From the NCBI GenBank assembly GCA_964430705.1, contig CAYSGJ010000017.1:24007-88006 (forward strand): a stretch of DNA of 64,000 nucleotides. The letters run 5' to 3'. Positions 46,841 through 54,967 of this stretch are shown here, in pieces. A program made the position numbers and the translations under genes. A model generated the notes under the pieces. It was not told where the DNA came from. It searched no databases and worked only from the letters and a program-made list of their open reading frames with translations. The stretch is from an uncultured Desulfobacterales bacterium (GTDB lineage: Bacteria > Desulfobacterota > Desulfobacteria > Desulfobacterales > C00003060). How positions within the stretch are numbered: position 1 is the stretch's first letter; every line of letters starts with the position of its first letter.

Positions 46841-47241
46841 TTATATTTCTTCGTTTTTCTGTTTTTTCATCAGCCAAGGTTTTGGGTCGTTTCCCATGAC
46901 AACCAGTTTTCCGATAATGTGATCATAAGCTTTGTGGAGGTCTTTTCCTACCTTTCGTTCATATATTTACACCTCACGGCATACTCCAGCCAAACCTGGG
47001 GCTCCGCCGCTTCACTCTCTGATTCATTCAGTTTATTCACAAAGGCCCTTTCGTATTTCCTTCTTCTCCAAGCCTCAGCGATTGCAGAAGAAACAGCACG
47101 AGATGACCGACGTATTTGATCGGTTAACGAAAACAACTCTTCCTTTGGGAAACCCTTTGACAACTCGTATATTTCCATCGCTGACACCACAGACATCTTG
47201 TATACATCCAAGTCCCAGTGATGCTGTATCTTTTTACTCAC
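46841..47241 (-). pseudogene. Four-helix-bundle (23S rRNA intervening-sequence protein-like) gene with a frameshift
   Basis: ORF 46948..47241 stops at ..KYMNER. Another frame continues with KVGKDLHKAYDHIIGKLVVMGNDPKPWLMKKQKNEEI, the expected C-terminus of the family. Confidence 0.6.
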
Positions 47242-47279
47242 CCCTTCTCACTTTCCCACCTGCTTACCGACCAACCGGC

Positions 47280-49046
47280 TCACGGTTCCGTCTGCGCCAC
47301 ATCTTCAACGTCCGGTGTCCCGTCATAATTCAGGTCCCTTGACCTTTTGATCAGGGCTTCCGCCTTATCGTATTCCTCCCATAGATCGGGTTTTCCGTCC
47401 CCGTTGGTGTCCTCCTCTACGGCCACAAGACTGCCCTTTTCGTAGTAATACCATGTGTCCACCTCCCCGTCGCCGTTGTTGTCTTTTTCCGCCCGGACGG
47501 CTTCTTCGTCGTCATTGTAGAACCAGACGATGGTGAAACGGCCCGCGCCCTGGTCGTCTTCTTCGCTCTTTTCCAGCTTTCCCTGCGGGCTATAATGCTC
47601 TCTCAGGTCCGGCTTTCCGTTGCCGTTTCCGTCGATTTCTTTTAATCTCAACACGCCGTCTTTGTGGTAGTAACGGCCTTCGGGCCTTCCGTCTCCGTCC
47701 GCATCCAACTCCATGACCATGTCCCACGGGGGCCTGTTGAACCACTGGGTGATTTCAAAATGCCCGTCCCCGTCCTGATCCCGGATGAGGCGCTGTTTGA
47801 CGCCCTTTTCGTAGTACACCTTAAGATCCACCGTGCCGTCGCCGTTTTCGTCTCGTTCCGCCCGGACGAGTTCTTGATTGATAAAAAACTCCCAGGCATC
47901 GATTTTTCCATCCAGATTCGTGTCGCTTTCCACCCGCTCCTTTTCTTCCTTGGCATTGAAAAAGATCGTCACATCCGGTTTTCCATCCTTGTTGCGGTCC
48001 TGCGTTTGTTGAAACATTTTTCCTTTTTGGAACAAGGTGACGGTTTCCATGAAACCATCGCCGTCGGAATCGTAAACGACCGTTGTCGGTTCCCCGTCCC
48101 GGTAGGTCCGGATCCGGTCGATGCGGCCCGTATGCCTAGTGTCTTCCTCCATCTTTTCGGGATATCCCTTGGCGTCAAAACGGATAAACACGTCGTCCTT
48201 TCCGTCAAAATTCGTGTCTTTTTCCTGGTGCGACGGCAGTCCTTCCTTGAAATAAGTCACGATGTCAAAGCGGCCGTCTCCGTTGGAGTCCCTTTTCTGT
48301 TTGACCGGCTTGCCGTCTTCAAACAGGGTGATGATCTCGAACTTTCCGTCCTTGTCTTCGTCTTTTCTCTGCTCGACCAGATCGCCCGCCCGATACAAAC
48401 GCACGACTTCCATGAAACCATCGCCGTCCAAATCGTGGAGGCTCTTTTTCGGAAGGCCTTCATCGTCGTACAGGGTAATGCTGTCGATATTGCCGTCGCC
48501 GTCATCGTCCGTGCGCCGTTCGACGGGTTTATCGTCTTTATAGGTTTGCCAGACGTTCACCTTGCCGTCTCCGTTGGCATCCTTGGTGGACCGGACCAGC
48601 TTTCCTTCTTCAAAATAATACAGGGCGTCAAAACGGCCGTCCAAGATAGTGTCCCGTTGCATCTCCAGGGGCCGCTCTTCGGGGTCAAACAGGATGACCA
48701 GCTCCAGCCGGCCTGCGTCTTCATCTGCGCGTTCATGTCGGATCCTTTTGCCGTTTTCAAAAAAATCCCACGCGTCAATTTTCTGATCGTGGTTTCTATC
48801 GCTTTCAATTTTTGAAATTACTTCATTGGAATAGTGCTGAAACCGGTCCATGAAGCCGTCCCCATTGCTGTCTATTTCGAGCTTCACCAACTTGCCCTTT
48901 TGATCGAAATGGGCAATTTGATCGATTTGGCCGTCGTCGTTTGTGTCCCGTTCTATGGGTTTTTTCCCGGCTGAGGCCGACCATGGAGAAAGTACGAGAC
49001 AACATATCAAAAAAAATGAACAAACGCTTTTCATGACGATATACAT
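47280..49046 (-). CDS. Exported protein with 23 tandem about 24-aa repeats, each carrying a Dx[DN]xDGxx[DE] loop
   Basis: Signal ...FFLICCLVLSPWSASA. Repeats such as DSNGDGFMD, DANGDGKVN, DDDGDGNID, DTNGDGKPD. Start is 49046, 49034 or 49058. Confidence 0.8.
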   Translation of the reverse strand: MYIVMKSVCSFFLICCLVLSPWSASAGKKPIERDTNDDGQIDQIAHFDQKGKLVKLEIDSNGDGFMDRFQHYSNEVISKIESDRNHDQKIDAWDFFENGKRIRHERADEDAGRLELVILFDPEERPLEMQRDTILDGRFDALYYFEEGKLVRSTKDANGDGKVNVWQTYKDDKPVERRTDDDGDGNIDSITLYDDEGLPKKSLHDLDGDGFMEVVRLYRAGDLVEQRKDEDKDGKFEIITLFEDGKPVKQKRDSNGDGRFDIVTYFKEGLPSHQEKDTNFDGKDDVFIRFDAKGYPEKMEEDTRHTGRIDRIRTYRDGEPTTVVYDSDGDGFMETVTLFQKGKMFQQTQDRNKDGKPDVTIFFNAKEEKERVESDTNLDGKIDAWEFFINQELVRAERDENGDGTVDLKVYYEKGVKQRLIRDQDGDGHFEITQWFNRPPWDMVMELDADGDGRPEGRYYHKDGVLRLKEIDGNGNGKPDLREHYSPQGKLEKSEEDDQGAGRFTIVWFYNDDEEAVRAEKDNNGDGEVDTWYYYEKGSLVAVEEDTNGDGKPDLWEEYDKAEALIKRSRDLNYDGTPDVEDVAQTEP

Positions 49047-49063
49047 ATAACCTAACAATCTAT

Positions 49064-49239
49064 AAAAAAAGGCCAGGATGGAATGACAGACTTCCTGTCT
49101 GCAAGCCTTCCTGGCCCGTGTTTATTTTTCCGATAAAAATAAAATTAGATGAAAAAAACCTTATGCACCTTCTGGTGCAGTTTTTCAGTCTTTACAACGA
49201 ATCCATGGCATTGTACATGCAGAAGACAGAGGATGTCAA
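49064..49239 (-). promoter_or_regulatory. Leader module v
   Basis: TTGACA (49239-49234)-18-TACAAT (49215-49210). Hairpin UGCACC-AGAA-GGUGCA (49179-49164). GGCCAGGAAGGCU..GACAG-GAAGU-CUGUC..UCCUGGCC plus U7 (49116-49064). Confidence 0.55.
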
Positions 49240-49371
49240 GGACTTCCTTTTGCCTTGGCCCAAGGACCCCACGTCACTATGTTCAATGTCGGCAGGTCGA
49301 ACACGGCCTGGTGTTTCAAGCCGAAACGGTGAGCGGTAGGTTCAGGTCCTTGGCGAATTTCCACCGATCGG

Positions 49372-50439
49372 TTGTTGTTGAAACAGCAAAGGATAGCGTT
49401 GAAAGACCTAAAAAAACAACTCGAATCCCAGCCCGTGAGCGCTTCTGCGGCCTGTAGAATTGACTGCGGGGGAACCCTGGACATCAAAACCCTTTATTAC
49501 CCTTTGCGCCATCTTTCCCCTTGTACCTTTAATATTGCCTTGAACCTGAAAACCAGAGTCACGCTTCTTCCCCATCGGTCCGGAAGGGTGAAAATTTCAT
49601 CAAGAGGTTTTGACGGTGACGAGTACGCGGTGGACGATGCGCCTTTTGATTCCCCATTGGGCCTGATGTTTGCTGTGGCTGCTTATTTTCGGGTCGGCGG
49701 CGTGCACATCGATATCGTGTCTGAATCGCCGCCCAAAAGCGCCCTGGGAGGTTCTTCCACGGCGGCCGTGGCTCTGATCGGCGCCCTGTCGATGGCCCTT
49801 CATGGCCGGGTGAGTCAAGAAAAGGCGGTTCTTTTGGCCCATGCTATTGAGGAGTCGGCGGCAGGGCTGCCCTGTGGCATCCAGGATCAGCTGGCGGCGG
49901 CCTACGGAGGCATCCACGCCTGGTATTGGCCGTCCGGACCTGCAGAGCCCCCGTTTAGGGGGCGTGATGTCCTTCCAAAGAAAGACTACGGCACCCTGGA
50001 AGAACGTCTGCTTGTCGCCTATTGCGGCGTGCCCCACGAATCCCGCGACATTAACGGCAAGTGGCTTCGGGGGTTTATAGGCGGAAAAGACAGGCGTCGA
50101 TGGATGGAGATCGTGGGTTATACCAGGGCATTCGTCAAGGCATTGAACATAAAGGACTGGACGTCCGCCGTACAGGCCATGAACAACGAGGTGGAGATCA
50201 GGCGTCAGATGACTCCGGAAGTATTTGACGACATGGGAAACGCCCTTGTGGAAAAAGCCCGGGCCCACGATTGCGCCGCCCGGTTCACCGGCGCCGGTGG
50301 CGGGGGATGTCTCTGGGCGCTGGGGACGAAAGCCGGGATTAAGGCACTGCGTCCGGCCTGGACAGCTGTCTTGTCGAAACGCGACGGCGCATGCATGTTG
50401 GATTCAAAGGTGGATCGAAAGGGGCTCGAAGTTGGATGA
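49372..50439 (+). CDS. GHMP-family sugar/small-molecule kinase
   Basis: PPKSALGGSSTAAVALIGAL is the GHMP motif II equivalent. There is no in-frame ATG near the 5' end, so the start is probably TTG 49399 (after AAGGA) or GTG 49435. Confidence 0.7.
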   Translation: MLLKQQRIALKDLKKQLESQPVSASAACRIDCGGTLDIKTLYYPLRHLSPCTFNIALNLKTRVTLLPHRSGRVKISSRGFDGDEYAVDDAPFDSPLGLMFAVAAYFRVGGVHIDIVSESPPKSALGGSSTAAVALIGALSMALHGRVSQEKAVLLAHAIEESAAGLPCGIQDQLAAAYGGIHAWYWPSGPAEPPFRGRDVLPKKDYGTLEERLLVAYCGVPHESRDINGKWLRGFIGGKDRRRWMEIVGYTRAFVKALNIKDWTSAVQAMNNEVEIRRQMTPEVFDDMGNALVEKARAHDCAARFTGAGGGGCLWALGTKAGIKALRPAWTAVLSKRDGACMLDSKVDRKGLEVG

Positions 50440-50554
50440 CATTGACGCAAATCCTAATTGTGAGTTATACTGTCTTATCTAAAAATCGTCTTCATGAAAA
50501 TATCTTATAATAGACCGCCGGGAGGCGGATGATATTACCTTAGGAGGAATTCCC

Positions 50555-51004
50555 ATGTTTGGACTTGGTGTTCCGGAAATACTGATCATCGCAATAATCA
50601 TTCTGCTTATTTTTGGCGCCAAACGCCTTCCCGGCATTGGGGAGGGGTTGGGCAAGACGGTCAAGGAACTTCGCAACATTAAAAAAGACGCAAGCAGGGA
50701 AGAAAAACCCAAAAAAACGCAGGCCATTGAAGGCGGCGATCATTCCGTGTCGGCATCAAAACAAGGGGCTTCTCACGATAGAGCGTCCTCAACGTCATCG
50801 CCGAAACAACGCCGTTCCGACGAGGGCGCTGAGTCTACGCCTGCGGCTTCGCAAGATCAGCCTCCGGAAGACGACATGGTCGATGCCTTTCAAAAAAAAA
50901 TGACCAAAAATGTCACGGACAGAGTCCTTGCCCAGGTTCCGGGAATCAGGCAGGCCAGACAACTGAAAAACACGGCCGACAAAATTAAAAAGATTGTGAG
51001 TTAA
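50555..51004 (+). CDS. tatA: Twin-arginine translocase TatA/E family protein with a long acidic/basic tail
   Basis: MFGLGVPEILIIAIIILLIFGAKRLPGIGEGLGKTVKELR. A TTGACG-18-TATACT promoter-like motif lies upstream. Confidence 0.88.
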   Translation: MFGLGVPEILIIAIIILLIFGAKRLPGIGEGLGKTVKELRNIKKDASREEKPKKTQAIEGGDHSVSASKQGASHDRASSTSSPKQRRSDEGAESTPAASQDQPPEDDMVDAFQKKMTKNVTDRVLAQVPGIRQARQLKNTADKIKKIVS

Positions 51005-51098
51005 ACCCAAGCTCGTTAACGGACCTTCGTGATTTTCAATCATTGTTTTGAAAACTACGGCATCAGGAATGCGATGTTTTTTTCAGGATTTGTTGGCC

Positions 51099-51686
51099 TT
51101 AAAACGACAACCGGCGTCTTCTCGGCTGTTTGCCGACAAGCAGCCCCACGACTAACCCGGAAAAAAGGACCAACCCTCCGGTTGTAAACCACTTCTGCCT
51201 CTTGGCGGATTTCAATATATCGTTTTCCTCGGCAAGCGTTTGGGCCTTTTCACGGGCCAATTCGAACTCTTTCTTCAGCTCTTGGCTGAGGCTTTGTTCT
51301 CTGCGGATCTTGTTTTCCCATCTCTGATCCAACGTGGCCAGTTTTTCTTTCAATTCGGCGTTTTGCTCTTGAAGGTTTTTCGCTTGATTTTCCCAGGGCA
51401 ACCTATTGACAAGATAGCGGCTCAGAACCCACCCTTCGAGAATGGCATCTTCGCCTTCCAGGATCTTCACACGACTCCAACCATCTTGCGTTTCCAAGAT
51501 TTCTACGGGCAAACCGGAGGGAACAAACCTGAGAATCTTGTTCTCGATACTGGGTCCCCTGCGAAGGCTGATCCTGAAGTTATCGGTCACAAAAGCCCTG
51601 GAGGCCCAACTTGTCTGGGCGATCAAAGAAAAACCTAGGGCTGCCAGCACAAAAAAGACATTCCAAAACCTAGGCATTGCGGCCAT
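51099..51686 (-). CDS. SH3-domain protein with coiled coil and C-terminal TM (YgiM-like)
   Basis: Signal, SH3-like segment (LRRGPSIENKILRFVPSGLPVEILETQDGWSRVK), coiled coil, C-terminal TM. Confidence 0.7.
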   Translation of the reverse strand: MAAMPRFWNVFFVLAALGFSLIAQTSWASRAFVTDNFRISLRRGPSIENKILRFVPSGLPVEILETQDGWSRVKILEGEDAILEGWVLSRYLVNRLPWENQAKNLQEQNAELKEKLATLDQRWENKIRREQSLSQELKKEFELAREKAQTLAEENDILKSAKRQKWFTTGGLVLFSGLVVGLLVGKQPRRRRLSF

Positions 51687-51790
51687 TTTCCTCCTTGCTT
51701 CCAGATTGGGTTTTTGGCGCAGGACATTGGTTTACCTGTTTGTTCTTGCTCAGCCCGGATGTCGCGTGCAGCAATCCATGGCCAACGGCA

Positions 51791-52117
51791 TTATTGTTCT
51801 TCCAGGATTTCCAGGCCAACCAAATAGTGGCCCTTGAAACGTCCTTGATCGTCCCTGGTGATGTCCCGGATTTCAGTGCTCAGAAACGCCGGCGAATGGT
51901 TTGCATTCACCGAGTAGTATTTGACGTCGAATACCTCACCGACCTTGAGCCAAGGTACGATGTTTGAGTCCTGTCTTACCAACACACACATAGGGATCGA
52001 ATCGGTGTTCCGGAGCCTGAACTGATAGGCGGCGTCAAGGCCATCGATGGAAAATTCCGCGCTGTAGTATGGATCTTTGGTCCTGATGTTGCCTTTTTGA
52101 TCTGCGGTGGTATTCAC
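51791..52117 (-). CDS. Hypothetical small beta-rich protein (possibly PilZ-like)
   Basis: 108-aa ORF with no competing frame. The family assignment is weak. Confidence 0.4.
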   Translation of the reverse strand: MNTTADQKGNIRTKDPYYSAEFSIDGLDAAYQFRLRNTDSIPMCVLVRQDSNIVPWLKVGEVFDVKYYSVNANHSPAFLSTEIRDITRDDQGRFKGHYLVGLEILEEQ

Positions 52118-52636
52118 AAAACAATATCAATCCTTTTTGTTTTCAATTTGGTGGTCATTGAAACGTTTCGGTTTGTGATATTCTTATGCGCACTCCATAC
52201 GGCCAGCAAAATTAATGCCAAGCCCTTGCGGAACACAAAAATCGCGGCAACCGGCTGAATATGCCGGGTTTAACAAAAAAATGACCGTGATGAAACCGGT
52301 GTCCCAAGACGCCTGTTACGGCGTGGAATCGATGTCAAAACTTTGACAAGTCGTCACCGAACCGAGCGGGCTTTGTTCGAGGTCAAACAGGGGTTCAGGT
52401 TTCGATGCGCAAGCCGGCGCCGGGTCCGCCGTCTTTTGAATTTGCCGCAAATGCGGTGGACGCAAGGCCGTATCGCGGCGTTTTCTTTTAACGGCAGCCA
52501 GTGGATCTGGGAACCGGGCGATTGCTGGACATGGTGAAGCAGGAATGATAACAAGCCGGACTCAGAACATTACAAAAACAAGGGCTTTGGGGAGAAAGCC
52601 GGATACGGCTTTTTCCGGGCTGTGTTGGAGGAGACA

Positions 52637-54259
52637 ATGGGTGATGGGGAGCTGATCAGACAAAGGATTCTTGTCGAGCGGAGGCTCGGCCGTGAGGCAT
52701 GGAATTTTGCAGCCACCTACTTGGCTGTGTGCGATCTTCACGGCCTTATCAGGATGCGGCCGTCAATAGGCTGTGCTGAGACAATAGCCGTATTGGAAGG
52801 GGTGCTGAAAAACACCGGTTTCTCTTCGGAAACGCAGGCCCTGTTTCTCTATAGGCAAGCAGCCCAAGCTCTTGTCACCATGGTTGTGGACAGCGAGAAC
52901 GCACTTCTGGCTTCCCGGGCGTTAGCCACTGTTGAGAATCTCTTGGGAAAAACACGGGGGCATCCACACAGGGCGTCTACGGAAGCGTTGGGATCCCTTC
53001 CGGTAAGTGTCAAGGGCCCGTGCTTGAGCCAAAAACCCCTTCAACAGGTTTCGGTTGTAGGCTGGGACGAACTCATTGAGAAAACCGGTTCGCGGCCCTG
53101 TGCTTCACCAACTGTTCTGGGCAGGAGCCTGGTAACCGAGACCGGCACTCCGGGCCTAATGTTGGTGGTCAAGTCGGTCCAGTCTAAACAGGCCGTGCAA
53201 GGTATTTACGAGGAAGCAATCTGGATGAAATACCTGCATCAAGCAAATTTTTGTTTTCCCGTTCGATTTACTATTCCTGCGCCCGTCAAGGTCCGTGACA
53301 GTTACGTATTCAGGTTGACCAATCTGCCGGCTGGCGTAAAGCAGATTGTGGATCCTGTCGGGAACTGCCACGCCATTGCATTTCTTGCCCCGGCAGACTA
53401 TTTTTCCTATCCGAATGATCACCGACCCGAAAGACGGCTGTCACCTGACCAATTCCTGGAAGTAATGTCAAGAAATGCTTGGCTTTTCGGGAAATTGGCC
53501 GCTCAAGGCATTGTGCACTCCGCCCCCATTCCACTATTTCACAACCGGGTTCAAAGAAGCAGAAGGCCGGACCAGGGATTCTATGAATGGCAGCGAGGAG
53601 GCAGACTTGACAGGTGGCTTCACTCCTGTCGTTATCCGAATTTTGGCGTGACCGGTGTCAGGGATTTTGAGCACCTCGTTTCCTTGTTCGGTACCAGCCG
53701 GCAACTTTGTTATCATATTGGAACCGAATTGTTGGGTCTCTTGTTGACCGCTGGAAGCTACTTTCGCAACAAGGATATCGGCCGGCTGGGGATTGATGAA
53801 AAAGGAAATCCTGTGGATGCCCGGGACCTTTTTGACAAGCCCCTTTTCGAACAGGTAATTCATGGCATTTTTTTTAATTATTACAACGCATTTTGCGGGA
53901 AAGACTTTATGGGCAAGCCGCCTTTTCGAATGCATGACCTGGCAACCCGCATGATCGAAGAGATGGGCATAGATCGTCATATGGAAGAAGTCCTCAGAGT
54001 GGCAGACCAGGAGAGCATGTCAGCAAACGCGTTCCGGGAATTCCTCTTAGGCAGGGGCTATCCGGAGGAAGCCATCAAAAGCCTTCCCAAAGGCCAACAG
54101 GACATTGTTATCCATACGGGGCCGCACCTCGGGGGATTTAACGAGAGAATTTCCCTGCCGGAACTCATCGAATCCGTCAGCACCATGTCCGCCTTATGTA
54201 TCGCAGGCAAATGGTGCACTGAAAATATTCCTCAAGGATTTCTTCACAAAGCAGCCTAG
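52637..54259 (+). CDS. Hypothetical 540-aa protein with kinase-like catalytic-loop and DFE motifs
   Basis: GGAGGAG lies before ATG 52637. GIVHSAPIPLFHNRV (H..x..HN-type loop) and VRDFEHL (DFG-like) suggest an atypical kinase fold. No family recognised with confidence. Confidence 0.6.
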   Translation: MGDGELIRQRILVERRLGREAWNFAATYLAVCDLHGLIRMRPSIGCAETIAVLEGVLKNTGFSSETQALFLYRQAAQALVTMVVDSENALLASRALATVENLLGKTRGHPHRASTEALGSLPVSVKGPCLSQKPLQQVSVVGWDELIEKTGSRPCASPTVLGRSLVTETGTPGLMLVVKSVQSKQAVQGIYEEAIWMKYLHQANFCFPVRFTIPAPVKVRDSYVFRLTNLPAGVKQIVDPVGNCHAIAFLAPADYFSYPNDHRPERRLSPDQFLEVMSRNAWLFGKLAAQGIVHSAPIPLFHNRVQRSRRPDQGFYEWQRGGRLDRWLHSCRYPNFGVTGVRDFEHLVSLFGTSRQLCYHIGTELLGLLLTAGSYFRNKDIGRLGIDEKGNPVDARDLFDKPLFEQVIHGIFFNYYNAFCGKDFMGKPPFRMHDLATRMIEEMGIDRHMEEVLRVADQESMSANAFREFLLGRGYPEEAIKSLPKGQQDIVIHTGPHLGGFNERISLPELIESVSTMSALCIAGKWCTENIPQGFLHKAA

Positions 54260-54583
54260 AATCCATACCGTTGTATAAGCGCTTGTTACATTCAATGCCG
54301 TCGCGTTTGTTGCGGGCGGGAGACCTTCCCGACGTTTCAACCCAATCGCCGCGGACCTGCGATCCACCACAAAAAAATGGTGGCAGGCTTTTATTGGATC
54401 TGCAGGTTCTTTCGCAATAGGCATAGATCTTTCAACCAAGTCTTTTTCAATATTGTGCGTGGTCCGCTTATTGCAGACTTTTTGGCCCGACACAAGGCCG
54501 CCGTCCTTGTCGGTCCGCCTTGCGACAACACTTCGGCTAATGCGGGGACAGGCATCAATATCTCGATAAACGGATGGTAATCC

Positions 54584-54955
54584 ATGGAAAAGACGGTTTT
54601 AATTGTCGATGATTCGGCTATGATTCGTCATGTGGTCGGCCAGATCGTCAAAGCAGCCGGATTTCGTGTGTTGTTGGCACAAGATGGTCAAGAGGGCTAT
54701 GACGTAGCCAAACACCGACTTCCGGATTTGGTGATCATGGACGTTGAAATGCCGACCATGGACGGCATTGAGGCTACCGGACTGATTGCATCGGATCCGA
54801 CAACAGCTCACATCCCGGTCATGATTTTCACCTCCCTGGGTGGGGAAGACGATATGAAGCGGGCCAAAGAAGCGGGCTGCCGTGGAATTCTGAACAAGCC
54901 CATCTGTAAAGAGTCATTACAGTCTACCCTCCGGGACATATTCAGCGATCAGTAA
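54584..54955 (+). CDS. Single-domain response regulator (CheY-like receiver)
   Basis: VLIVDDS..., phospho-acceptor context DLVIMDVEMPTMDG, and conserved T/K positions (IFTS, ILNKP). Confidence 0.9.
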   Translation: MEKTVLIVDDSAMIRHVVGQIVKAAGFRVLLAQDGQEGYDVAKHRLPDLVIMDVEMPTMDGIEATGLIASDPTTAHIPVMIFTSLGGEDDMKRAKEAGCRGILNKPICKESLQSTLRDIFSDQ

Positions 54956-54967
54956 GGCATTGCAATC

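Noticed and set aside
50555-51004. TatA with a 149-aa length as a possible fusion or novel protein
   Set aside because: The first about 45 residues are canonical TatA. The remainder is a low-complexity charged tail, as seen in many TatA/E homologues. It is not distinctive enough to report.
52340-52615. c-di-GMP-I (GEMM) riboswitch upstream of the kinase-like gene
   Set aside because: Only a GGACGCAAGGCC fragment resembles the second half of the aptamer. The CACAGGGCAAACC half and the tetraloop/receptor arrangement are not present.
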